64,000 nt of DNA, from assembly GCA_036745755.1 (NCBI GenBank), contig DAIOFM010000008.1:8373-72372 (forward strand). The letters run 5' to 3'. The notes under the pieces are model-generated. The model ran no database searches. It was not told the origin of the DNA and worked only from the letters and a program-made list of their open reading frames with translations. The translations under genes were made by a program, and so were the position numbers. Below are positions 18,157 through 28,682 of this stretch, in pieces (positions within the stretch are counted from its first letter, which is position 1; every line of letters begins with the position of its first letter). The stretch comes from Spirochaetota bacterium (GTDB taxonomy: Bacteria; Spirochaetota; UBA4802; UBA5550).

Positions 18157-19314
18157 ATGACTGAGTTTCTTGAGAAATATTATCTTGGCGGAGAGGACTT
18201 CTCCGGAGAATTCAGGTTAGACCTTCAGCTTTTTGCTGCAGAGGATGAAGGGCGTACCGAGGAACCGACAGAGAAGAAGATCCGCGAGGCCCGTGAAAAA
18301 GGGCAGGTGGCAAAAACCCAGGAATATCCGCAGGCTGTAGTTGTACTGGCCGGGTGCCTGATAATATTTGTTTTCAGTTCATGGATATATGATTCCCTGG
18401 CTGAGATTACAAGGTTCTATTTTTCGTCGTTTTCCAGGCTTTCTCTCTCTGAGAGAAACATAAAACTTGAGCTTTTGAAGCTGATACTTGTATCAGGGAA
18501 GCTGTTGCTCCCTGTATTTATAGCTGCCAACATAGGGGCTATTATAGCTGAAATTACTCAGGTCGGTTTCCAGGTATCGACTCATCCCCTGAAACTCGAC
18601 TGGAGTAAAATGAAACTGGATCCTGCCACAATGATTAAAAAGATTTTTTTCTCAAGGCAGGTGGGGGTAAATCTCGTAAAGTCTATTCTCAAGATACTTG
18701 TAATAGGAGTTGTTTCGTATCTGATAATAGCCAGTGATTTCGAGGAGATACTGAAAACTCCCAATATATCCATTAGCCTGGCATTGAAGAATGTCACTTT
18801 TATGGGCCTGAAAATAATAATCTGGAGTGCCATACTCCTCCTGATTATTTCTGTACCGGATTATTTTTTCCAGAAGCTTGAATTTATGGAATCATTGAAG
18901 ATGACCAAACAGGAGATCAAAGAGGAATTCAAGGAAACAATGGGAGACCCTCATGTAAGGGCAAGAATGAGGGAGATGCAGAGGGAGATTGTAATGCGCA
19001 ACATGATCCGCGAAGTACCGAAGGCGGATGTTGTCGTAACAAACCCTACACACTTCGCGGTTGCACTGAAGTATGACCGGCTGGTAATGGAGGCGCCCAC
19101 TGTTATCGCGAAAGGAGTGGACAGCATGGCCCTTAAAATAAGGGAAGTGGCAAGGGAGAACAGTGTTGAGATTATAGAAAACCGGCCTCTTGCCCAGGAG
19201 ATGTACCACCGGCTGGAAGTCGGTGATGTAATACCGGAGGACCTTTTCCGGGCAGTATCGTTTATATATGCCGAGCTGTATAAAAGGGAACAGAGAGTAA
19301 AACAGGCAATATGA
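18157..19314 (+). CDS. flhB: Flagellar export switch protein FlhB
   Basis: 385 aa. NPTH autocleavage motif (VVVTNPTHFAVAL). Four TM helices. Confidence 0.9.
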   Translation: MTEFLEKYYLGGEDFSGEFRLDLQLFAAEDEGRTEEPTEKKIREAREKGQVAKTQEYPQAVVVLAGCLIIFVFSSWIYDSLAEITRFYFSSFSRLSLSERNIKLELLKLILVSGKLLLPVFIAANIGAIIAEITQVGFQVSTHPLKLDWSKMKLDPATMIKKIFFSRQVGVNLVKSILKILVIGVVSYLIIASDFEEILKTPNISISLALKNVTFMGLKIIIWSAILLLIISVPDYFFQKLEFMESLKMTKQEIKEEFKETMGDPHVRARMREMQREIVMRNMIREVPKADVVVTNPTHFAVALKYDRLVMEAPTVIAKGVDSMALKIREVARENSVEIIENRPLAQEMYHRLEVGDVIPEDLFRAVSFIYAELYKREQRVKQAI

Positions 19315-19325
19315 CAGGAGCTTAG

Positions 19326-21425
19326 TTGATGGCTGAAGAAAAAAGCTTATCCCTTTCACCGGGCAGCAGGGCCTGGATGCAGAAAACCGATATACTGATG
19401 GGTATCGGCGTTGTGGCTGTTGTCATGATGTTGATTATACCCCTTCCTACAGTGGTGCTCGATTTTCTTCTTGCAGTTAGTGTTATGCTCGGTCTTCTCA
19501 TCCTGATGATAGTCCTGTTTGTGCACAGGTCTTTCGATTTTTCAATTTTTCCATCTCTCCTTCTTGTCACAACAGTGTACAGGCTGGCTCTTAATGTGTC
19601 GTCCACAAGGCTCATCCTTCTCAATGGTGCTGCATTTGACGGAAAGATTATTCGTACTTTCGGTAATTTTGTTGTTGGAGGAAACTACGTAGTAGGGTTC
19701 ATAATATTTATAGTACTTATAGCTGTACAGTTCATCGTTATCACAAAGGGTGCCACAAGGACAGCTGAAGTTGCTGCAAGGTTTACACTGGATGCGATGC
19801 CCGGTAAGCAGATGAGTATAGACTCCGACCTCTCTAACGGCCTTATAAGCGAAGACGTTGCCCGGGTCAGAAGGGAGGAAATAAGAAAGGAGGCGGACTT
19901 CTACGGGGCAATGGATGGTGCCTCGAAATTTGTCCAGGGGGACGTAAAGGTCGGTATTATAATAACAGTAATAAATATAATCGGCGGTTTCATTATAGGT
20001 ATGGTGCAGAGGAATGAAACTTTCGAGGTTGCGCTTCGAACCTATACTCTCCTTTCTATCGGTGACGGTCTTGTAAGCCAGATTCCTTCACTCCTGATAA
20101 CAACCGCCACAGGTATCATTGTAACAAGGGCCGTATCCAATGAAAATTTCGGGGATCAGATGTCAATGCAGCTGTCATCCCAGCCCAGGGCCCTTTATAT
20201 TACAGCTGCCGCACTTGCTGCGGGCGTTTTAATCCCGGGTTTTCCGAAAATATCGATGCTTCTTCTTGCCGGAGGGCTTGCGGGGCTGGCTTTTCTTCTT
20301 TCCCAGAGTCAGGACGAGGAGAGGGAGCACCGTGAGATTGAGGCAAAACAGGCTGCAGCAAAAGACAGTAAGCCTGAATCGGTACTTCCACTTATACAGA
20401 TTGATCCACTTGAAGTGGAAATAGGTTACAATCTGATACCTCTTGTAGACCCGGAACAGGGGGGGACTCTTCTTGACCGTATTACAAATATCAGAAGAAG
20501 GAGTGCTCTTGACATGGGCCTTATAGTCCCTCCTATACGAATCAGGGACAATATGGAGCTTGAGCCGGAGATGTATTCCATTCTCATCAAGGGGGTGGAA
20601 GTCGGCCGGGGCATGCTTCAGGTTGGCAAGCTTATGGCTATGGATTCAGGGGATGTGGCTGAAAAGATCAGCGGGGTGGAGTTTGTTGAGCCTGTTTTTA
20701 ACCTGAATGCGATATGGGTCGAGCCTGACAGCCGGGACCTTTCTGAAAGCAGGGGGTATACGGTTGTTGACTGCCCTACTATAATAGCGACCCATCTTAC
20801 TGAACTTATAAGACGCCATGCTGACGAGATACTTGGCAGAGAAGAGGTCAAAAAGCTTATTGATAATATCAGGGGGGATTACCCGGCTGTTGTTAAAGAG
20901 ATTGAAGAGAAGATGAAGTACGGGGAGATACAGAAAGTGCTTCAAAATCTTCTGCGGGAGAGGATCTCCATCCGCAATATGGTTACAATCCTTGAGACCC
21001 TTGCAACATATTATGACTATACCCCTGATACCGGCATGCTCACTGAATACGTCAGGGGGGCTCTGGCGAGGCAGATCACAGGGACATTAACAAATGAGGA
21101 CAATGCGCTTTCAGTTATAACGGTTGATCCCGAGATAGAGAGTGTAATAAGGGGAGCCATACATGACGATCCTGTTGAGGGGAGGGTCGTTGGAATGGAT
21201 CCTGATACGCATAATGCTGTTGTCGGCGCTCTTCTTGATGCCTACCAGAGGGCGAGTAAAATGGGTTTTACACCTGTTTTCCTCGTTTCACCTCAGATCA
21301 GGAGCGTAACTTTTGCTCTCCTGGAAAGGGAGGTGCCGGCACCTGCGGTTCTTGCGTATAATGAAATTACAAAGAATATAAAGGTAAACGTAGTGGTATC
21401 TGCTCTGATGCCTGCCACTGCGTAG
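19326..21425 (+). CDS. flhA: Flagellar export gate protein FlhA
   Basis: 699 aa. N-terminal 8-TM domain with the FHIPEP motif region, large cytoplasmic C-terminal domain. Confidence 0.95.
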   Translation: MMAEEKSLSLSPGSRAWMQKTDILMGIGVVAVVMMLIIPLPTVVLDFLLAVSVMLGLLILMIVLFVHRSFDFSIFPSLLLVTTVYRLALNVSSTRLILLNGAAFDGKIIRTFGNFVVGGNYVVGFIIFIVLIAVQFIVITKGATRTAEVAARFTLDAMPGKQMSIDSDLSNGLISEDVARVRREEIRKEADFYGAMDGASKFVQGDVKVGIIITVINIIGGFIIGMVQRNETFEVALRTYTLLSIGDGLVSQIPSLLITTATGIIVTRAVSNENFGDQMSMQLSSQPRALYITAAALAAGVLIPGFPKISMLLLAGGLAGLAFLLSQSQDEEREHREIEAKQAAAKDSKPESVLPLIQIDPLEVEIGYNLIPLVDPEQGGTLLDRITNIRRRSALDMGLIVPPIRIRDNMELEPEMYSILIKGVEVGRGMLQVGKLMAMDSGDVAEKISGVEFVEPVFNLNAIWVEPDSRDLSESRGYTVVDCPTIIATHLTELIRRHADEILGREEVKKLIDNIRGDYPAVVKEIEEKMKYGEIQKVLQNLLRERISIRNMVTILETLATYYDYTPDTGMLTEYVRGALARQITGTLTNEDNALSVITVDPEIESVIRGAIHDDPVEGRVVGMDPDTHNAVVGALLDAYQRASKMGFTPVFLVSPQIRSVTFALLEREVPAPAVLAYNEITKNIKVNVVVSALMPATA

Positions 21426-21486
21426 GATAATTGAAAGAAATCACTGTAATACAGATTAAATATAAAACTTCAGGGGAGTCGGAAAG

Positions 21487-22866
21487 ATGAAATACCTAAA
21501 AATAACAGCGGAAAACTACAACGAAGCAATGAAAAAACTGAGGCAGGAGCATGGAGACGAAGCCATTCCTATAAGCCATAAATATGTCAGGGAGGGGGGG
21601 CTTTTTAAATCCAGGTTTTTTGCCAGGGAGGTTGTTGAACTCACTGCCGCAGTAAAGGACAGGAGGCCCTTCCCCGGGAGTAATCTGTCAGGAGTAAACG
21701 CGAAAAAAAGCACTGTGGATTTTGTTGTTGATGATACAAGAGAGACTTCAAGGCCCGGCAAGGTGCATGATATAGCCGACAGGGCTGTATCCCGGAAGGA
21801 GGAGACACAGGTAGAATCGATAAACAGATCTATAGACAGCCTGAATGACAGTCTTAACAGCCTTAAAACCTCTTCATACAGTACTGAAGACGCTGCGATG
21901 AGAAAGACATTTGAAGATCATCAGAAGAAGGAGGCTGTGCAGCCTGAAAAAGGGAAATTATCACAGGAAAATGAATCCGAGCTTGTTAAAAATATAGAAA
22001 AAGAGGTCAATGATATAAAGAATGCGCTGAACAGGCTTCTTGAAGGACAGAAGAACCGGAATGTCTCGTGTGAAGAGGAAAGCCAGCTTCTGCCCTACAG
22101 GGAAATCCTGGAATCAAATGATTTTGAGCCTGAGGAGTGCGATTTTATAATAAAAGAGGTGAAAAACAGCATCAGCCGTGAGGATCTTAAGGACAAATAC
22201 AAGATAGAGAAGAGTCTTAAAGAGCTTCTTAAGAGCAGGATAGTAACAGCCGGCCCTATAAAGAAAGGGAGCAGAAAGAAGATTATCATGTTCGTGGGGC
22301 CGACAGGTGTAGGTAAAACCACAACAATGGCTAAACTGGGGGCCATACATTCACTCAGGGAGGGCAATAAGGTCGCTTTTATAACTATTGACAACTACAG
22401 GATTGCCGCGACAGAACAGCTGAAAAAATATGCTGAAATAATGAGAATTCCGGTTCACGTGGTAAGTGACCAGAAGAATTTCAGGGAGATTATCGCAAAA
22501 GAGAAAGCTGATATTATTATGGTGGATACCTCCGGCAGAAGCCATAATAATGAGCTTAAGATTGCTGAAATTAAATCTTTTGCTGAAAGTGTTGAATATG
22601 ATTTTGAAAAAATTCTCTGTGTAAGCGCAAATACAAAGAAAAAGGATTTGAACCTGATATTTAAATCCTTTAATGTTATGCAGTTTGACAGTATAATAAT
22701 TACAAAAGTTGATGAAACTTCTTATATTGGGAATGTAATAAATGTTGCCGATAAGTATAATAAGCCTATTTCATATTTTACTGATGGCCAGGAGGTCCCG
22801 AACGACATTCATATAGCAGATGCTGATGAAATTGCAGATCTGATGGTCAGGGAAGAGGGCAACTAA
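21487..22866 (+). CDS. flhF: Flagellar biosynthesis GTPase FlhF (SRP-type)
   Basis: 459 aa. C-terminal SRP54-type G domain (IIMFVGPTGVGKTTTMAKLGA, DTSGRSH). Confidence 0.85.
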   Translation: MKYLKITAENYNEAMKKLRQEHGDEAIPISHKYVREGGLFKSRFFAREVVELTAAVKDRRPFPGSNLSGVNAKKSTVDFVVDDTRETSRPGKVHDIADRAVSRKEETQVESINRSIDSLNDSLNSLKTSSYSTEDAAMRKTFEDHQKKEAVQPEKGKLSQENESELVKNIEKEVNDIKNALNRLLEGQKNRNVSCEEESQLLPYREILESNDFEPEECDFIIKEVKNSISREDLKDKYKIEKSLKELLKSRIVTAGPIKKGSRKKIIMFVGPTGVGKTTTMAKLGAIHSLREGNKVAFITIDNYRIAATEQLKKYAEIMRIPVHVVSDQKNFREIIAKEKADIIMVDTSGRSHNNELKIAEIKSFAESVEYDFEKILCVSANTKKKDLNLIFKSFNVMQFDSIIITKVDETSYIGNVINVADKYNKPISYFTDGQEVPNDIHIADADEIADLMVREEGN

Positions 22867-22883
22867 CAAAGAGGAGGTTTGCT

Positions 22884-23759
22884 GTGGATCAGGCGGCAAA
22901 TTTAAGAAGACTGGTTCTTGAAAAAGGCAATGAGACACCGTCAACTACCAGAACTATAGTTATTTCAAGCGGTAAAGGGGGAGTTGGGAAAACCAGCCTT
23001 TCTGTAAGTCTGGCCATAGCTCTTGCCAGAGACGGGAAATCTGTCACGCTGGTTGATGCGGATCTGGGCCTGGCCAATATAAATGTTATCCTTGGAATAA
23101 TTCCCAAATACAACCTTTATCATGTGATTAAAGGGAAAAAGAAGCTCAGGGATATAATAATTGAAGTGCCTGAGGGGATTAAAATAATAGCCGGGGCGTC
23201 AGGCTTTCATCAGCTTGCCAATCTTGAACAGAAGCAGAGGGAGGAGTTTATTAACTCAATTTCTGAACTGGCAAATGATGATTACCTGCTGGTCGATACC
23301 GGAGCGGGTATATCCCAGAATGTACTGAGTTTTATTATGGCCTCTGATGAGGTGATAGTGGTTACAACGCCTGAACCTACAGCAATAACTGATGCTTACG
23401 GAATCATAAAGGCGATTGCTGCACAGAGCACGGAAAAGCAGATTAAACTTATAGTTAACAAGGTTCAGTCAGTGGCCGAGGGGAAAAGAGTCGCACAGAG
23501 AGTGATAAATATAGCAGGCCAGTTTCTTAATATTAAGGTTGAGGATCTGGGATTTGTGTATGAGGATCTCTGTGTACCTAAATCGGTAAGAAATCAGAAG
23601 CCTTTTTATGTTAGTTACCCGAAATCAAAGGCTGCGGGATGTGTGAAGGTAATCGCGGACAGGATTAATAATAAACAGGTTGAGTATGAAAACGGTTCAG
23701 GTATAGGATCATTTATAAAAAATTTACTCGGGCAGTCAAATTTGGATAAGGATGAATAG
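22884..23759 (+). CDS. flhG: MinD/ParA-type ATPase FlhG (YlxH/FleN)
   Basis: 291 aa. Deviant Walker A SGKGGVGKTS. Confidence 0.8.
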   Translation: MDQAANLRRLVLEKGNETPSTTRTIVISSGKGGVGKTSLSVSLAIALARDGKSVTLVDADLGLANINVILGIIPKYNLYHVIKGKKKLRDIIIEVPEGIKIIAGASGFHQLANLEQKQREEFINSISELANDDYLLVDTGAGISQNVLSFIMASDEVIVVTTPEPTAITDAYGIIKAIAAQSTEKQIKLIVNKVQSVAEGKRVAQRVINIAGQFLNIKVEDLGFVYEDLCVPKSVRNQKPFYVSYPKSKAAGCVKVIADRINNKQVEYENGSGIGSFIKNLLGQSNLDKDE

Positions 23760-23824
23760 AAAAAGGCTTGATTTGTTTTTTAAGATAAATAATTTAAAAT
23801 GTGATTATAATATCTGGTTAATCT

Positions 23825-24358
23825 ATGAAGTTTTTTGAAAATATGGGGATTGAGCAGAAGTACGGGGCTGTTTTCGGTGCAGCGGCCTTTGTTCTCTCTC
23901 TCCTTACCGGGCTTGTTTCCGGAGTGAGTTTTACTGTAACCATAATCAGGTCTTTAATAATGATTCCTGTTTTTTTTATTGTCGGTTACGGTACTTTATC
24001 TGTTTTAAAAAAGTATGTTCCGGAGATTTACGACGCTCTCGTTAATACAGCGGGGAGGGGCGTGAAAGCCGGGGCTGAAAGTGAAACAGAGATTTTTATT
24101 TCAGAAACGGATGCTGCTGATGAAGGTGCCGCGGCAGAGAGTGAATCATCAGGAGGAGCAACTGGAGAATTTACCGAGTTGACAGGTAAGGATTTTGACA
24201 GATATAAAACAGCTGATGACACTGTGCTTGATTCTACATTTGAAGCGTCCAACGGCAAGATGGGTAAGCATATAATTGTAGAAGAGCAGTTCAATGATTA
24301 TGAGCCGAAAATAATGGCTCAGGCTATCAGGACGATGATGAGCAAGGATAAAGATTAA
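23825..24358 (+). CDS. Hypothetical membrane protein (two TM helices + acidic tail) between flhG and fliA
   Basis: 177 aa. N-terminal hydrophobic segments, D/E-rich C-terminus. No recognisable family. Confidence 0.4.
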   Translation: MKFFENMGIEQKYGAVFGAAAFVLSLLTGLVSGVSFTVTIIRSLIMIPVFFIVGYGTLSVLKKYVPEIYDALVNTAGRGVKAGAESETEIFISETDAADEGAAAESESSGGATGEFTELTGKDFDRYKTADDTVLDSTFEASNGKMGKHIIVEEQFNDYEPKIMAQAIRTMMSKDKD

Positions 24359-24378
24359 ATTTTTCCGGGAATGAATTT

Positions 24379-25179
24379 ATGAACAATAAAAAGTTTAAAG
24401 AATATGAATCTATAGATGAAGAAAAGCTCTGGGATAAGTATAACAAGAGTTCAGACCAGGGTATCAGAGATTTTTTTGTTCTTAAATACGCACCGCTGGT
24501 TAAATATGTTGCCGGAAAAGTTTCAATGGGGATGCCGCATAATATTGAGTTTGATGATCTTGTTTCATACGGGATTTTCGGTCTTCTTGACGCAATCAGC
24601 AAGTTTGATCCTGCCAGGGGTATTAAATTTAAAACATATGCGATGACAAGGATCAGGGGGGCCATATTTGATGAACTCCGTTCAATTGACTGGATTCCCA
24701 GATCTATAAGGCAGAAGGCGAAACAGATAGAGACGGTAATTTCCGAACTGGAAAACAAACTGGGGAGAACTGTTGAAGATGAAGAAATAGCCAAGGAACT
24801 TGGAGTATCAAACGAGGAGTTCCAGTCGCTTCTTAATAAACTGAGCGGAACATCAATGCTTTCGCTTAATGATATATGGTATCTCGGGGATGACAATGAT
24901 GAACTTTCAATCCTGGAGACACTTGAAGCTCCTGAAAATATGAACCCTGATGTTCTCGTTGAAAAAGAGGAGATCAAGGATTATATTATTGATGCTATTA
25001 AAAAGCTTCCCGAAAAGGAAAAGAAAGTAATAGTACTCTATTACTATGAGGATCTCACCCTGAAGGAGATAGGAGAGGTTCTTGAAGTTACTGAGAGCAG
25101 AGTTTCCCAGCTTCATACCAAGGCTATAATGAGGTTAAGGGGAAGACTGGGACGGATTAAATCCAACATAGTCGGTTAA
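24379..25179 (+). CDS. fliA: Flagellar sigma factor FliA (sigma-28/WhiG)
   Basis: 266 aa. Sigma-70 regions 2, 3 and 4 ([15 protein letters not shown]; region 4 [21 protein letters not shown]). Confidence 0.85.
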   Translation: MNNKKFKEYESIDEEKLWDKYNKSSDQGIRDFFVLKYAPLVKYVAGKVSMGMPHNIEFDDLVSYGIFGLLDAISKFDPARGIKFKTYAMTRIRGAIFDELRSIDWIPRSIRQKAKQIETVISELENKLGRTVEDEEIAKELGVSNEEFQSLLNKLSGTSMLSLNDIWYLGDDNDELSILETLEAPENMNPDVLVEKEEIKDYIIDAIKKLPEKEKKVIVLYYYEDLTLKEIGEVLEVTESRVSQLHTKAIMRLRGRLGRIKSNIVG

Positions 25180-25180
25180 T

Positions 25181-27172
25181 ATGGCCAATCTAAAAGACCT
25201 TTTCATGGAAATAGATGATAATCTCTCCGGGGATTATGATGACAGTTCAATTGAGGTGTATGCTGATTCAGTAAAACAGGCACTTGAACTGGCCGCTAAA
25301 GAGCTTGATGTCGATATAGCTCAGCTCGATTACGAGGTGGTCGAGAAGGGTACAAAGGGTTTTTTCGGTTTCGGCAGACTTCCCTACAGGGTAATAATAA
25401 CCCCCCTGCGAATGGATACATCTGAACATCGTGATCTTGAAGAGCTTGACGCCAAGTTTTCCGGAGGTCATATCCCCGGAGTCAGTGTCGATGAAAACAG
25501 GGATGCTGACGGAAGTTACAAGGTAAGGGTCACCAAAAGCGGGATATGGCTTACGGTTAAGCCTCCGAAAGGGAAAGGCGCCAGGGTTGCTGTTGAGAGC
25601 ATTGAAAACAGGTGCTATGAGATGAGAATAGCGACATTTGACAGGGACGCGGTGGTAAATGCTGTCAAGAAGGCCGATGGCGAAAGGGTCAAAATTGGCG
25701 AATGGATGCCTAACCCGAATTATGACGGTTCAATGAGAGTGGAGGTAACAGAGGATGAAATGAAAGCCTTTGTTTACTTTAATACTCCCAGGTTTAACGG
25801 GCGACATATGGATTATGATGATGTGCTTGAGGGCCTGAGAAATGGCGGTGTTGTTACAGGGATCAGAGAGGATGATATAAAGAATTATCTCGAGGAGATG
25901 GATTACAGGCGTCCGCTTCTTGCATCTGAAGGCCAGTATCCGCGCAATGGCCGGGATTCGTATGTTGACTACAAGGTGCGAATTGACAGGACAAGAACCC
26001 AGTTTGAAGAGGATGATTCCGGGAAAGTCGACTTCAGGAACCTTGAACTCCTTGAAAATGTTGTTGTCGGGCAGCTTCTCGCGGTCAAGGTGCCTGCTGA
26101 GGACGGCATTCCGGGAAGGACCATTACCAACAGGGTAATACCCGCCAAGACCGGCAAAGATATAGCTATAAGATACGGCAAGGGGACAATACTTTCTGAA
26201 GACGGGACTGAACTAACTGCTGAGATAAACGGACAGGTGGTTTACAAGGCCGGGCGTATCTCAGTTGAACCTGTATTTATTGTTCACGGCGATGTTTCTC
26301 TTGAAACAGGTAATATCGTTTTCCTCGGTTCTGTTATAATACAGGGCAATGTTCAGGATAATTTTGAAGTCAAGGCTGCGGGTAATGTTGAGGTCAAGGG
26401 TACTGTTCAGAAGGCCTTTATTGAGGCTGAAGGTGATATTGTTGTACATCAGGGTATAAGCGGTAAGGATGAGGCCAGGGTGGAATCCACAGGCGGTTCA
26501 ATTTTTGCGAAGTTTGTGCAGAACTGCCATCTGATAGCTGAGAAAAATATAGTCATACCCGAGGGGATACTTCATTCAAGGGTGGATGCAGGCGAAAAAA
26601 TTTATTCAATAGGAAGGCGGGCCAAGATCGCGGGCGGCGTAATAAGGGCCGGCGATGAAGTTAACGCGAGGTTCCTCGGAGCCGAAGGTGCCACGAAGAC
26701 TGTATTCAGGGTAGGGGTTAATCCCAAAATCCTCCAGCAGATTGATGAGCTTTCAAGGGCGAAAGATGAGCTTGAAACAGAACTGAATACGCTGCGGCTT
26801 GATGTAAAAACACTCACAACCCAGAAAAGGAATGCAGGAGGAAAGCTCGCAGGAGACAAGGAAAAACTCCTGAACGAGCTTACAGCAAGAGAGGAGAAAC
26901 AGGGAGCCCGTTTCGAAGAAGTGGCCGGCGAGCTTGAGGAACTTAACTCATATATAGGTATGCTGGAGCATAAAGGGAAAGTCTGTGCCGAGAAAGTTGC
27001 TTATCCCGGTGTGGAAATTTATATTAAGGACAAGGACTTTAAGATTAAGGACAATTATACTCATGTCAGATTTTCACTGGATGGTGATGATATTCATATA
27101 TCAGATTATGAACCGCCGGATTTTGTGGAAGGAAGCCAGAGGATATCTACACTGGTAAGAAGAAGAACCTGA
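25181..27172 (+). CDS. FapA-like flagellar assembly protein (DUF342 family)
   Basis: 663 aa. Beta-helix-like repeats (VGNVEVKGTV, GDIVVHQGISG), C-terminal coiled coil. Confidence 0.5.
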   Translation: MANLKDLFMEIDDNLSGDYDDSSIEVYADSVKQALELAAKELDVDIAQLDYEVVEKGTKGFFGFGRLPYRVIITPLRMDTSEHRDLEELDAKFSGGHIPGVSVDENRDADGSYKVRVTKSGIWLTVKPPKGKGARVAVESIENRCYEMRIATFDRDAVVNAVKKADGERVKIGEWMPNPNYDGSMRVEVTEDEMKAFVYFNTPRFNGRHMDYDDVLEGLRNGGVVTGIREDDIKNYLEEMDYRRPLLASEGQYPRNGRDSYVDYKVRIDRTRTQFEEDDSGKVDFRNLELLENVVVGQLLAVKVPAEDGIPGRTITNRVIPAKTGKDIAIRYGKGTILSEDGTELTAEINGQVVYKAGRISVEPVFIVHGDVSLETGNIVFLGSVIIQGNVQDNFEVKAAGNVEVKGTVQKAFIEAEGDIVVHQGISGKDEARVESTGGSIFAKFVQNCHLIAEKNIVIPEGILHSRVDAGEKIYSIGRRAKIAGGVIRAGDEVNARFLGAEGATKTVFRVGVNPKILQQIDELSRAKDELETELNTLRLDVKTLTTQKRNAGGKLAGDKEKLLNELTAREEKQGARFEEVAGELEELNSYIGMLEHKGKVCAEKVAYPGVEIYIKDKDFKIKDNYTHVRFSLDGDDIHISDYEPPDFVEGSQRISTLVRRRT

Positions 27173-27184
27173 CAGGTTAAAGAG

Positions 27185-27502
27185 ATGCCGATAAAGCCGA
27201 TAGATCTTCAGACAAATCTTGGTCAGCTTTCCGAAGTGGGGAAATCTGAACATGTGCGTCAGGGGATTGTGGCTGAGCAGCAGAATCTCCTTGATAAAGA
27301 GGCTGCTGAAAAATCAAATCTTGTAAACAGCAAACTTGAAGAGGCTGAAAAAGGCGAAAAGACTTCAATAAAGGATGAAGAGAAGAGACGTTCAGGAGAG
27401 GGCGGGGAGAAAGGTAAAAAGGAGAAAGAGGAGAAAGAAGCGGCCCCCAGAGACAGGATTAAGGATGACAGAATCGGTAAGATTATAGATATATTGAAGT
27501 AA
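27185..27502 (+). CDS. Hypothetical K/E-rich protein
   Basis: 105 aa, low complexity. Immediately downstream of the FapA-like gene. Confidence 0.3.
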   Translation: MPIKPIDLQTNLGQLSEVGKSEHVRQGIVAEQQNLLDKEAAEKSNLVNSKLEEAEKGEKTSIKDEEKRRSGEGGEKGKKEKEEKEAAPRDRIKDDRIGKIIDILK

Positions 27503-27541
27503 TATTTTTTTTTAACAATTATGTGACATAATGAGGGTTTA

Positions 27542-28291
27542 ATGGAATTTTTTATTCTGTTTATTTTGAACATATTTACAGGAGCGGTTATCTATCTCAT
27601 GCTGAGCCTTAAGATTGAAAGGACTTCAGCTACTTTTCAGGAGAAAAAACTGAAAAAAGAGATGGGGGAGATTATTACCGAGTTTAATTCAACTGCGGAA
27701 AGAAATGTTACGCTGCTTGAGAACAGAATAAACATCCTCAGAAAGTTATTGAATGAAAAAGGTGATATCCGGGGGATAGATCTTATCGTCAACGATGATA
27801 AGGTTAAAAATCTTAAACAGCAGAACCTGGAAAAAGAGAGTAATGTTCATGAGTACATACCGGATTCACGAGAACCGGCTGCTTTTGGTAAAAAAGATGT
27901 CTCAACAAAAGTGAAGAGTAAAAGTGATGGAAGTATTCTTGTAGGATTAATTGATAAGATTTCAAATTTAAGTCGTGATGAGAAAAATAAAGAGAATTCA
28001 GGAGATTCAGGGGTGCCTGTAAAAGAGACAGGTGCAGGTGTTGATTATCTTGTTGATTCTGAAATTGATTTTTCTTATGATACAGATGATCTAAATAATG
28101 GCAACCCTGAAATAAATTCTTCTGGACAGAATGATGTTGTTGAAGATATTGCTGTTCTTTTCAGTAATACTGCAGATAAGTATTCACTGATAAGTGATCT
28201 TCACAGAAGGGGATATTCTGTTGATGATATATCACGGTATTCCGGCCTGCCGTCCGGGGAAGTACGGCTTGTGATCAGTCTTAATAATTAA
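27542..28291 (+). CDS. Hypothetical membrane-anchored protein
   Basis: 249 aa. N-terminal TM helix, coiled coil. C-terminus (SVDDISRYSGLPSGEVRLVISL) is HTH-like. Confidence 0.35.
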   Translation: MEFFILFILNIFTGAVIYLMLSLKIERTSATFQEKKLKKEMGEIITEFNSTAERNVTLLENRINILRKLLNEKGDIRGIDLIVNDDKVKNLKQQNLEKESNVHEYIPDSREPAAFGKKDVSTKVKSKSDGSILVGLIDKISNLSRDEKNKENSGDSGVPVKETGAGVDYLVDSEIDFSYDTDDLNNGNPEINSSGQNDVVEDIAVLFSNTADKYSLISDLHRRGYSVDDISRYSGLPSGEVRLVISLNN

Positions 28292-28682
28292 ACAGACATT
28301 TTACTTATTTAGGGTAGATAAAACGGTTTTTTTTTACTAAGTTATATTAAGGATTCGGCCCTTTTTCTGGATATTATAACACTTTACGAAATGACTAGTA
28401 CCGAATAAACCATATGTCATATCCGCACAGGCGGATATCCACTTCTTTTAGAAGATATAGATTAGTTTTCAACTCTTCCTGCGGTCGCCCGCTGGAGTTT
28501 ATCCCCGCTAAGGCGGGAAGGGAATAACAAAGGATGCACTAATTCAAACGTAAAATGCTATAGTATAATCCTTATTCACATAGTATGTTGAAAGCGGGGT
28601 GTCTTTTCATTTCATATGCTATTATGACCGGATCGAGATGAAAAGAGATAACTCAATTATTAAATAATCAGGATCGGTATAG

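Noticed and set aside
19385-19392. ACCGATAT octamer at the 5' end of flhA
   Set aside because: Inside coding sequence with no TAAA -35 partner. Likely coincidental.
22747-22762. Exact GCCGATAA octamer followed by TATAAT inside the 3' end of flhF, upstream of flhG
   Set aside because: No TAAA -35 at N11/N15 and only a weak TTGACA-like -35 for a sigma-70 reading. It sits in coding sequence, so it is probably a chance match. A weak internal promoter is the only way it would be worth revisiting.
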